64,000 bases of DNA from contig OY761556.1 of NCBI GenBank assembly GCA_963664705.1, positions 896,001 through 960,000 on the forward strand, in the 5' to 3' direction. Source of the stretch: Acidobacteriota bacterium. GTDB taxonomy: Bacteria; Acidobacteriota; UBA6911. Each line of letters begins with the position of its first letter. The stretch's first letter is position 1. The translations under genes were made by a program, and so were the position numbers. The notes beneath the pieces are model-generated. The model was not told where the DNA came from. It made no database searches and worked only from the letters and a program-made list of their open reading frames with translations. Below are positions 27,901 to 35,777 of this stretch, one piece after another.

Positions 27901-29994
27901 TCCGATTGCACCGGAACCATCTCGGGAAGTACTTTTTCGCAAAATCGGGACACCTCGAGCCTGTATGGTGACGGGATCCAGATTCAGGATGGGAATGTTA
28001 CCCTGCAGGGCAATCTGTTTGACTCCAATGATGAAGCCGGGATCGCACTGGTTTCCGCCAATGCAACGGGCGGCTCAAAGGCCAGAATTACCGGCAATGT
28101 CATGCAGTCGAATGGCTATTATGGCATCTATTCAGACCCGGCGCTTTCAGTGACGGCGGATGGCAATTTGATCAAGGACAATGCCGGAGGCGTGGATCTG
28201 TATTCGACCGCCGATGCGCTCCTTACTAACAACATCATCGTGCGATCCACAAGCGGCTTCCTCGGCGATGGAGTTCTGGTCGAAGGAAGCAGCACGGCCA
28301 GGCTCATCAACAATACCGTTTATGGCAACAAACTGTATGGAGTTCATCAGTTGCTCGGAACCACTTCCGTGGCAAATTCCATCATCAGTGCGAATAGCGC
28401 CGGGAATATTCAAGGAGTCAATTCAGGCTCCATTCAATCCTCGATTACGGCGGCGGATCCCAAATTTGTAAGCGCGAGTTCGGACAACTTTTCGCTGTCC
28501 GCGGGATCACCCGCCATCGATGCCGGCAGCAATACGGTAGCCGGCTTACCCTTCCTTGATTTTCTTGGCCAGGTGCGTATTGCCTCCGCCAGCACTTTCC
28601 CGGGGCAGGGGACGGTTGATGCCGGCGCCGTGGAATCCAGTTCAGCCTACCCGCTGATCTATCCTCTTCTCGTCAGCGGCAATAACACGACTCTTGGCTC
28701 GTCATTCACAACGGGCATTGCATTTCTCAATCCCACCAGTACGAGTCAGGATTTTGCTTTTGCCGGATTTGATCCGACGGGAGGCAAACTTGCCGGTACG
28801 CAAAATCCCTATACCCGCTCCCTGGATCCTGAAGCCCAGATTCCAATCCTGGATTGGCAGATGTTCGGATACAGTTCTGCCGACACGGCGCGTGGAGGAG
28901 TCTTGGGTGCCACGGATGTTCCGACTGCCGGTTTTTTGGTGTATATGGATTCCGAGGCCAAGAAATTTGCGACGGGAGTGAATGCGGCAACGCGTCTTTC
29001 CAGCGATATGGTCTTCATGCGGCACCAGACAGGATCGGGCAAAACGAGCAGCTATGTCCTCTTTAATCCGGGCGTGACCACTGCCAATATCACTGCAAAA
29101 CTGCATGGCAGCGATGGGACTACTGTTTCCACGCAAGCCGTCTCTGTCGCGGCCAAGGGGCAGACCATCGTTCAATTCAATTCAACAACATCCACCGGCT
29201 ACGTGACCATTGCTTCCGACCGGCCAATATCCGGCCTGGAACTGGTAGGTAGCGCAAATATCATGGCGGCTCTGGGCGGATTTTCTCCTGGAACCCAGGC
29301 TCGTCTATTCTTCCCGCATTTTGCAGTGGGGGGGCACTATTCGACCACTGTGGGGATCATCAATACCAATGCTTCCCTGACGGTCAATTTGAATTTGAGT
29401 GCCTATGATCCGCTTGGCAACCTGATCGGCAGCGTTGATGGACTGTCACTGCTGCCAGGAGAACAAATGCTGAAAACGGTAACGGAGTTGTTCGGAATTT
29501 CGGATGCGAGTGCACTCCAGACCGGGTATCTGGTGGCCCAGAGCGATCAAGCGGGGATCATGGGCTTCACCAACTATATCTATGGCGACGGGATTGCCGC
29601 CTCGGATGCAATGATTCCGGCGGATTCGGTTCCAAGCCGGAGATTGCTTTTCTCGCAAATAGCCAATGGGGTGCCCGCCGGGAATGGCGTGCCTTATCAG
29701 ACCGGGATCGCATTGCTGAATCCGTACGGAACCAGCGTCAGTTTTACGATGACTGTTTACGATGGCGCAGGCGCCATCCGATACCAGGGGACGCAAACGA
29801 TCGGTCCGCACGAGAAGATGTCCCGGATTCTGGTTTACCCGGATGCAGGGGTCGGCTTCTTTACGGGAGACCTCGTATTGGGGAACGGCCATGTTGAAGT
29901 GACATCGGATTACGGACTGCTGGGGCTGGAGGTTTTCTTCACCGAAGATCTTTCTCAGATGGTAAGCGTTCCAGCGCAGACTATAGAAGAGTAG
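24991..29994 (+). CDS. large secreted S8 (Vpr-like) serine protease with I9 prodomain, PA domain, Ig-like domain, right-handed beta-helix and C-terminal beta-sandwich repeats
   Basis: Catalytic triad ILDSGID / GHGTFVA / GTSFSSP; PA motif IALIERG.C.F..K; Asn/Gly-rich PbH1 repeats; SPAIDAG..DAGAVE. Confidence 0.9.
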   Translation: MRPRISSVRLKVFFPIVALVLLTTELAGISFPARRESKGTDVSRSLQRMVIPGTQDLQLIVELSDPSVLDRLQGTETSGSTRSALSLSLRGRRVDFSTAQARTHRQTIERGQESMKARIAAIPNVQVQGTTSTIMNSIIIRVPAVQYDAVRKLPGVKKVYFSLPRKPLLDTAATLQNAQTMWTLAGGKSSTGQGVKIGILDSGIDISNPMFSGTGMTAPAGFPKYSPSSSAAFTNAKVIVARSYYQQYLGSSGVFTAEDELGHGTFVAACAAGVQVAAPRATISGMAPGAYLGVYKILSTGSTSTAAEVAALDDAVSDGMDVVNMSIGALDNLPPDEIAEYAAITKAIQAGVVMTVSAGNDGSSTHTISSPATIADVIAVGSVSNSRDFLAVVRTNSPSLSTIAYAASADGIQVSTDQALKKIVDVASLDGDGLGCSTFPSASLSNSIALIERGVCLFSDKVGNAAQAGAVGVVVYNNAANGTISMSGLGTATIPAVMISNSDGLALKQYVDANASTATAGIGSATNLSAVDVPARIISSFSSVGPGPDFSIKPDLVAVGEYVYSATEKTRTSGEMYDSSGFTTENGTSFSSPMVAGAAAGVIQKYPSLGVLAIKSLLTTTASRNLTADGTNPPSVLQAGSGLLDMGAAIQGTAVFYPTNLNFGVHSYSGTLSLPLKLTVQNISSGSDQFAFGFEPLVSGPAISFSSPGTGSVASGASADVTVTLQSTAPATGGFQGFVTIKSASTSFVYRIPYWAGLYVPDATRILEVSQSGSGAYTTLADAVAAAQPGNVIQISDNSTYSIESPGLSIITNSQGLPLHGLVIRAASGKTPIIQAPNLSTGIQIVGLKNVLLQGLQVSGGYTGIELVQPSTSIPMSATIDQCTVLNASGNSAAANIFIDGGGIVDITKSTISGSSGYGIAAGLYADNTQLTITGSTVQNNSYDGLDAYVSDVYIANSTLRANGGTGAFLSDCTGTISGSTFSQNRDTSSLYGDGIQIQDGNVTLQGNLFDSNDEAGIALVSANATGGSKARITGNVMQSNGYYGIYSDPALSVTADGNLIKDNAGGVDLYSTADALLTNNIIVRSTSGFLGDGVLVEGSSTARLINNTVYGNKLYGVHQLLGTTSVANSIISANSAGNIQGVNSGSIQSSITAADPKFVSASSDNFSLSAGSPAIDAGSNTVAGLPFLDFLGQVRIASASTFPGQGTVDAGAVESSSAYPLIYPLLVSGNNTTLGSSFTTGIAFLNPTSTSQDFAFAGFDPTGGKLAGTQNPYTRSLDPEAQIPILDWQMFGYSSADTARGGVLGATDVPTAGFLVYMDSEAKKFATGVNAATRLSSDMVFMRHQTGSGKTSSYVLFNPGVTTANITAKLHGSDGTTVSTQAVSVAAKGQTIVQFNSTTSTGYVTIASDRPISGLELVGSANIMAALGGFSPGTQARLFFPHFAVGGHYSTTVGIINTNASLTVNLNLSAYDPLGNLIGSVDGLSLLPGEQMLKTVTELFGISDASALQTGYLVAQSDQAGIMGFTNYIYGDGIAASDAMIPADSVPSRRLLFSQIANGVPAGNGVPYQTGIALLNPYGTSVSFTMTVYDGAGAIRYQGTQTIGPHEKMSRILVYPDAGVGFFTGDLVLGNGHVEVTSDYGLLGLEVFFTEDLSQMVSVPAQTIEE

Positions 29995-30014
29995 AACATG
30001 AAATAGCTTTCGAT

Positions 30015-30263
30015 AACCGCGAAAACATCGAAGACCGCAAAGAAAATATTTTTGTAGGCCTTGCGCTTATCGTTCTCGCCAGATCATAGGCTGGATTCCA
30101 TCCTTGATGCCTGGGACCTTCCAGCTTGAGATAGGCAAGCAACTGGGCTCGGTGGACCGGATGGATCACATCGACAGTTTTGTTTTCTATCCATCACACT
30201 ACCTAATTGCTGGTCGACAAAATGAGCCCAAAAATCCTTGCGGTCTCCGAGGTCTTCGCGGTT
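30015..30263 (-). mobile_element. MITE-like unit: 29-bp inverted repeats enclosing a GxxExxY remnant
   Basis: AACCGCGAAAACATCGAAGACCGCAAAGA (30015-30043) versus the reverse complement of 30235-30263, AACCGCGAAGACCTCGGAGACCGCAAGGA: 25/29 identical. Confidence 0.55.
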
Positions 30264-30266
30264 CAA
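30080..30266 (-). pseudogene. GxxExxY (PD-(D/E)xK-like) protein remnant
   Basis: Fragments IENKTVDVIHPVHRAQLLAYLKL and, in another frame, VPGIKDGIQPMI match the GxxExxY C-terminus; the core is deleted and there is an in-frame stop. Confidence 0.7.
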
Positions 30267-30289
30267 ATACAAAAATTTACCAACGCCAT

Positions 30290-33088
30290 TTATATCGCTT
30301 CAATCTGCACGGCACAAACCTTGAATTCCGGAATCTTGGCAACCGGGTCCAATGCCGCAATGGTCAGATTGTTGACGTTCTGCGCTCCCGGATAATGGAA
30401 ATTGCCGAAGACAAGTCCCTCGCAAACGCGATCCGTTACAAGCGCGCGCACGATCATTTCCCCGCGGCGTGATTTGACGCGCACCATCGACTGTTCATTC
30501 AATCCGATCCTGGCGGCATCCTCCGGGCTGATCTCGATAGCCGATTCGGGATAAAGCTCCTGCAGTGCCTGCGCTCTGCGGGTCATTTCAGCTCCATGCC
30601 AGTGATATAAAACGCGCCCCGTGGTCAGGAGCAGCGGATATTCGCTATCCGGCGTTTCCTGCGGCGGGATATGTTCGGTCGGATGGAACTTGCCTTTCCC
30701 GCGCGTAAATTGCCCTATGTGAAGAATCGGAGTGCCGGGGTGGTCCGATGTTGGCACCGGCCAATGCAATTGCTCTCCTCTTTCGAGACGCTCGTATTGG
30801 ATTCCACGGTAAATGGGCGTCAAGTCGGAAATCTCCTCGCTGATTTCCCTCGGGTTTGAATACTGCCAGGATGCGTGCACTCCGATCGGTTGCCGTTGTT
30901 CGCGCTCGAGGACCTGGCGGGCAAGATCCATGACGATCACCCAGTCCGGATGTGATTCGCCCAAGGGCGAAATGGCTTGGCGAATCAGCTGAACTCTCCG
31001 CTCGGTGTTGGTAAAAGTTCCTTCCTTCTCCGCCCATGTGGTTCCGGGCAAAAGAACGTCGGCCAGCGCCGCAGTTTCGGAGGGAAAGATCTCCTGCAGC
31101 ACGACGAACTCGCAGGCGGCCAGACACCGATGCGAGTGTCCGAGGTCGGGGTCTGTCATTGCCGGGTTCTCGCCGACGATGTAAAGACCTCGCACTTTCC
31201 CGGTTCCTGCCTGGTCGATCATTTCCGTATTTGTCAGACCGGGCTTGGGGCAGAGAGCAAATGTGGGCTGTTGATCCGTATCCCAACTGGACAATTCCAG
31301 CTGCCAGGCCGTGTTGATTTTTTCGCGTGCCGATGCATCGGTGACCAGTTGATAGCCCGGCAGGAAATTAGGCAGGGCTCCGACATCGCATGCGCCCTGG
31401 ACATTGTTTTGTCCCCTGAGCGGATTAACGCCTCCGCCGGGAATGCCCATGTTTCCCAGAAGCATTTGCAGATTTCCGAGCGCCAGGACATTCAGGACTC
31501 CAGTGGTATGTTGCGTGATCCCCATGGACCAGATGACGGCGGCCGGCCGATGGTGTCCGAGTATTTCGGCTGCCTTTTCCAAATCCGCCACCGATACGCC
31601 CGTGATCTCAGATGCTCTTTCCGGCGGGTATGACTCAACCACGGAGAGAAACTCTTCGAAATTTTCGCAGCGTTGATCGATAAACGATTGATCCTGCCAT
31701 CCCTTTTTCAGAATGATGTGCATGATGCCGTTGATCAGGGCAACATCAGTGCCCGGTTGCTGCTTTAGATGAAGCGCAGCAAATTCGGTAATATCGATTT
31801 GCCGCGGATCGGCGACAATCATCGGCACGCCGCGTCGCAGGACTGCCTGTCTCAACATGGTTCCAAAGACTGGATGCTGTTCCGTGGTATTGGAACCGAT
31901 GATGAAAAACGCCTGGGCCTCGCGGGCCACGTCCTTCATGGTATTGCTCATGGCTCCGGAACCAAACGAGAGCGCAAGGCCCGCGACAGTTGAGGCGTGG
32001 CAAAGCCTGGCGCAATGGTCGACATTATTGGTTCCGATGACCTGTCGCGCAAATTTCTGCAGAAGGTAATTTTCCTCGTTTGTGCATTTGGCCGAGGTCA
32101 ACACGGCAATGGAATCCGGTCCGGATTCCGCCTTTATTTCGGCAAATTTTCTCGATACCAATTCGAGGGCGGTTTCCCAATCTACCGGGACCAGTTCGTC
32201 TCTTCCTCCCGAAGGACGCGGACGGCCTTCGAGCAGATATCGTCGAACCTGCGGTCGCATCAAGCGCTCCGGATGGTTTACAAAATCGAAACCGTATCGG
32301 CCTTTGACGCAGAGCTGCCGTCCATTTACCGGAAATTCGTCGCGGACGGTTACCCGGATAATCCGCTCATTGCGCACATTCAGATCAAGCTGGCAGCCAA
32401 CGCCGCAATAACTGCAGGTCGTTCTTACGACACGATCCGGCTTTCCCATCCCGACGGACATTCGATCGTCGAGCGCATGGGTCGGGCAGAAGGCGACGCA
32501 GGTGCCGCAGGATTCGCACCGGGCTTCGAGAAGCGTAGAATCTGATCCTGCAACGATTCGGGCGCGGTGTCCCCGTTCTCCAACTCCCCACACAAAGCGG
32601 CCCTGGAGTTCGGCGCACGCGCGAACGCAGCGCGTGCAAAGGATGCATTTGTTCATATCCACCCAGAGAACCGGATTGGGGTCCGCATTGATTGGATATC
32701 GAAGTCGCGCCGATTCCCCTGCACGCCGACGAATGCCATATTTGGCCAGCCACCGCTCAAATTCGGTCGTTTTGCGGTCGCCGGCGGAATACCCTGAATC
32801 CGCATAGTCTTCCAGCAGCAGCTCCAAAATGGACTTTCGAATTTCAATCAGGCGGGGCGTCTCCGTCTGAACTTCCAGTCCTTCCTGAACCTGCAGCGTA
32901 CAGGAGGTGGCAAGATTTCCCCGGGGCTGGACTTCCACCAGGCACAAGCGGCAGGAGCCGACAGGTTTTAGTCCCGTATGGTGGCAGAGTGTCGGAATCT
33001 CGATACCATTGAGGCGAGCCGCCTCGAGGACGGTCATCCCTTCGTTCGCACTGAGAACCTGTCCGTTGACTGTTATCTGAATCGTCAT
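30290..33088 (-). CDS. fdhF: formate dehydrogenase alpha subunit (Mo/W-bisPGD, Cys-type, cytoplasmic)
   Basis: N-terminal 2Fe-2S (IPTLC..CRLC..SC); 2x[4Fe-4S] (CILCTRC, CESCGTC); CSYCGVGC; HCARLCHAST; LRGQNNVQG; LTTGR. Confidence 0.93.
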   Translation of the reverse strand: MTIQITVNGQVLSANEGMTVLEAARLNGIEIPTLCHHTGLKPVGSCRLCLVEVQPRGNLATSCTLQVQEGLEVQTETPRLIEIRKSILELLLEDYADSGYSAGDRKTTEFERWLAKYGIRRRAGESARLRYPINADPNPVLWVDMNKCILCTRCVRACAELQGRFVWGVGERGHRARIVAGSDSTLLEARCESCGTCVAFCPTHALDDRMSVGMGKPDRVVRTTCSYCGVGCQLDLNVRNERIIRVTVRDEFPVNGRQLCVKGRYGFDFVNHPERLMRPQVRRYLLEGRPRPSGGRDELVPVDWETALELVSRKFAEIKAESGPDSIAVLTSAKCTNEENYLLQKFARQVIGTNNVDHCARLCHASTVAGLALSFGSGAMSNTMKDVAREAQAFFIIGSNTTEQHPVFGTMLRQAVLRRGVPMIVADPRQIDITEFAALHLKQQPGTDVALINGIMHIILKKGWQDQSFIDQRCENFEEFLSVVESYPPERASEITGVSVADLEKAAEILGHHRPAAVIWSMGITQHTTGVLNVLALGNLQMLLGNMGIPGGGVNPLRGQNNVQGACDVGALPNFLPGYQLVTDASAREKINTAWQLELSSWDTDQQPTFALCPKPGLTNTEMIDQAGTGKVRGLYIVGENPAMTDPDLGHSHRCLAACEFVVLQEIFPSETAALADVLLPGTTWAEKEGTFTNTERRVQLIRQAISPLGESHPDWVIVMDLARQVLEREQRQPIGVHASWQYSNPREISEEISDLTPIYRGIQYERLERGEQLHWPVPTSDHPGTPILHIGQFTRGKGKFHPTEHIPPQETPDSEYPLLLTTGRVLYHWHGAEMTRRAQALQELYPESAIEISPEDAARIGLNEQSMVRVKSRRGEMIVRALVTDRVCEGLVFGNFHYPGAQNVNNLTIAALDPVAKIPEFKVCAVQIEAI

Positions 33089-33090
33089 CT

Positions 33091-34815
33091 CTACGCGCCT
33101 CGTTTCTTTGGAGCGAAATAATCCGGGAAGTGCTGCAAAGCCGATTGTACCGGCTTATTGACCGACATTCCCAAGCCGCATAACGACGCTTCCTGCATCA
33201 TGGCTGCCAAAGTACGCAAACGCGCGAGATCTGCATTGCCGGCGTCGCCGGATTGCATCCGATCAAGGATCTTGCGGCATTCGTAAGTCCCGATGCGGCA
33301 GGGAGTGCATTTGCCGCAGGATTCAAGCTCAAAGAAGCGTACCAGTTCGCGGACGATTCTGAGCGGCGAAACGGTCTGGTCGCAGATCAGCATCCCTCCA
33401 CTGCCGAGCGAAACTCCCCGGGCTCCGGAATCATAGTCCATCGGAACATCGAGGAGCGAGGGCGGCACGATGGTGCCTGCGGCTCCGCCTGTGAGGGCAA
33501 AGTGAAAGGTGGATCCGGTTCGCATCCCACCGCCAAACGAATCGATGATTTCTCTCAGGCTCAACCCCAGCGGGGCTTCAAAGAGACCTGGACGATTGAC
33601 CTCTCCCAGGAGGGTATATAGCTTGGTGCCCGGGCTATTTGGATTTCCAAGGCTGCAGTACCAGTCGGATCCGCGGGCTAGAATCTTGGGGACAGAAGCT
33701 AAAGTCTCCACATTGCTGATCACGGTCGGCTGACCGCTGTAGCCGCGTTCCACAGGGAAGGGCGGTCGAACCCGCGGCTCCCCCCGGCTGCCTTCCAGCG
33801 ATTCAAGCAGGGCGGATTCCTCTCCGCAGATGTATGCCCCGGCGCCCTGATGAATATGGACATGAAAGGAAAATCCGGTCCCGCCGATGTTAGTGCCCAG
33901 CCATCCCCGATCTTCCGCATTGGCGATGGCACCCAGAACGCGCTCAACCTGCGTGCGATATTCACCCCGGATATAGATGTACCCGGCTTCGGCGCCGACC
34001 GCACGGGCGACAATCGCCATGCCTTCGAGCACGAGCTGCGGGCACAGTTCAAGAATTACGCGATCCTTGAAACTGAGCGGTTCGGATTCGTCCGCGTTGC
34101 ACACGACATATTTCGGTTTGCGCGGCTGATCGGCGACAAATCTCCACTTCCTGCCCGCGGGAAACCCGGCTCCGCCCCGTCCGCGAAGCTTGGATCGATC
34201 CATTTCATCGATGATTGCTTCGGATGACATGCGCAGTGCTTTCTGAAGAGCAGGGAATTCACATCTGGAAAAGGAGGATTCAAGCGCATCCCCGGCTTTG
34301 CTCGGATCGGGAAGAATGGCGCGCACTTCTCCCGGGCGCGGTTTGCGATAATCTGAAACCTCACCGCACCAGCCTATTTCGTAGCGATCCATGTGCTCGA
34401 GACTGATTGGTCCCACCTGGCTGTCACGTACCAGGGCCGCAGGCGCACGATCGCAAAGCCCCAGGCAGCTTGTTCTGGTGATGGTCCAGCTCGCACCGAG
34501 TTGAGCCTGCATCTGAAGGATCAGGTCTCCCGCACCCCGCATCATGCAGTAAGGGCCATCACATATCCTGATTGTCTTTTCCGGAGGAGCCGGTGTTGTC
34601 AGCATGGAATAAAATGTGGCAATCCCGTGAACTTTGGAAGCCGGGAGTCGCAATTCGCGCGCCACCTCATCGATCAGATGAGGCGTCAGACGCCCATGTT
34701 CGGCCTGAAGGGTTCTCAGGATCTTGACTACCTCCGACCGAGAACCGCCGAGGTCCCGAATGAGTTCCACTACCCCAGGATCAGGGGATTTATGAACAAG
34801 CGTTTTGGAATGCAC
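33091..34815 (-). CDS. NuoE-NuoF fusion (NAD(H)/FMN-binding diaphorase subunit of the FDH)
   Basis: ATFYS and CDGPYC..CLGLC (2Fe-2S); LRGRGGAGFP, NADESEP, GAGAYICGEES and ESCGKCTPCR; GTG start after GGAGG. Confidence 0.9.
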   Translation of the reverse strand: MHSKTLVHKSPDPGVVELIRDLGGSRSEVVKILRTLQAEHGRLTPHLIDEVARELRLPASKVHGIATFYSMLTTPAPPEKTIRICDGPYCMMRGAGDLILQMQAQLGASWTITRTSCLGLCDRAPAALVRDSQVGPISLEHMDRYEIGWCGEVSDYRKPRPGEVRAILPDPSKAGDALESSFSRCEFPALQKALRMSSEAIIDEMDRSKLRGRGGAGFPAGRKWRFVADQPRKPKYVVCNADESEPLSFKDRVILELCPQLVLEGMAIVARAVGAEAGYIYIRGEYRTQVERVLGAIANAEDRGWLGTNIGGTGFSFHVHIHQGAGAYICGEESALLESLEGSRGEPRVRPPFPVERGYSGQPTVISNVETLASVPKILARGSDWYCSLGNPNSPGTKLYTLLGEVNRPGLFEAPLGLSLREIIDSFGGGMRTGSTFHFALTGGAAGTIVPPSLLDVPMDYDSGARGVSLGSGGMLICDQTVSPLRIVRELVRFFELESCGKCTPCRIGTYECRKILDRMQSGDAGNADLARLRTLAAMMQEASLCGLGMSVNKPVQSALQHFPDYFAPKKRGA

Positions 34816-34989
34816 GGATACCTCCCGTTGAAGAGCAAACCGCAAACTTGCAGCACGGATCCAATGGGTGGACAGTCAGGTTTTGGCTTCACTCGAATTC
34901 TGATGATATCCATACTGCCTATCTTAATAGTCTAACAAAGCAGATCGGAATGTCACAAGCAGGAGTGGCGTGAAATATATGAATGGGGA

Positions 34990-35016
34990 GAATAGTTTAT
35001 ATAAGATAAACTATTC
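34990..35016. promoter_or_regulatory. perfect 11-bp inverted repeat upstream of the FDH operon (putative operator)
   Basis: GAATAGTTTAT-ATAAG-ATAAACTATTC. Confidence 0.65.
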
Positions 35017-35120
35017 GCAGTATTAGCTTTGTCGGCGGCTCACCACTCGAAATTTGTTCCAGGCCTCCGCAGTGGCCCCGGCTGCGGGCGTTCAGCGTTT
35101 CCGGGCAATAGGAAATCCGT

Positions 35121-35657
35121 CTATTCCACGAGGAGAGCCCCGTAACGGTTTACCTCATTTCCGTAATCCTGCAGAACCTCGATCGGGTAGCCGAACTTGC
35201 GCGCGGTTCCGAAAACATCAACGCCATAGGATTCAAGCGTGGGTCTTGCCTTCGACGGGTTGCTGCATTGCGCCTTTACGCTTTTGCATTCACTGCATAA
35301 ATTGCAGGGAGCGGGGTTAAAGACGAAGGCCTTATAGAAGCCCGCCAGAAAAACCGCCCGTTCAAAATCAAGCGCTTTGCCGATGAGTTCGCGTCCCCAG
35401 GCATGTCGCAGTTGCGCGTCGCTGAACTGTTTGGAAAAGCGGAAGAATAGTCCCCTGCTATATTCTGAGAACAAGCTGCGGCAGTCGCTGATCGGAGGAT
35501 TTTCCGGGGGGCAACACGCCTTTCGTCCGTACGAGGCACAGCCGAAAACGCATTTCAGTCTGACCCAATGCGCGGTGATGATTTCACTGGGATCAATCCA
35601 TTTGTAATCATGAAACCCGTGAGTTTCTGCGAGTTCTTCAATCCTGGGTATGGACAA
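35121..35657 (-). CDS. DUF2284 predicted metal-binding protein
   Basis: WVRLKC.FGC..YG...CCPP, PCNLCSEC..C and RPTLESYGVDV; TTG start after AAAGGAGG. Confidence 0.82.
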   Translation of the reverse strand: MSIPRIEELAETHGFHDYKWIDPSEIITAHWVRLKCVFGCASYGRKACCPPENPPISDCRSLFSEYSRGLFFRFSKQFSDAQLRHAWGRELIGKALDFERAVFLAGFYKAFVFNPAPCNLCSECKSVKAQCSNPSKARPTLESYGVDVFGTARKFGYPIEVLQDYGNEVNRYGALLVE

Positions 35658-35777
35658 TACGCCTCCTTTGCCGACAGAAGCGGCATTGAATCCGATATCG
35701 GTAATCGATTCACGGCCCGTGGGTACGAGCCATCTCAAGTCTGGAACCTATGGTATATCGCCTTTCCTGCAGAATCT

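Noticed and set aside
29981-30169. Intact 62-aa small protein
   Set aside because: It is one frame of the deleted GxxExxY remnant; the homology continues in another frame.
31990-32020. Selenocysteine in FdhF
   Set aside because: The active-site codon is TGC (HCARLCHAST) and the ORF has no in-frame TGA.
33091-34815. Respiratory complex I nuoEF
   Set aside because: No other nuo genes are present, and it lies 2 bp from fdhF, so it is the FDH diaphorase module.
34816-35120. Moco/Wco riboswitch upstream of the FDH operon
   Set aside because: The characteristic 3' CCUCCCG..GGAAAGG-type element and stem arrangement were not recognisable; an Rfam scan would settle it.
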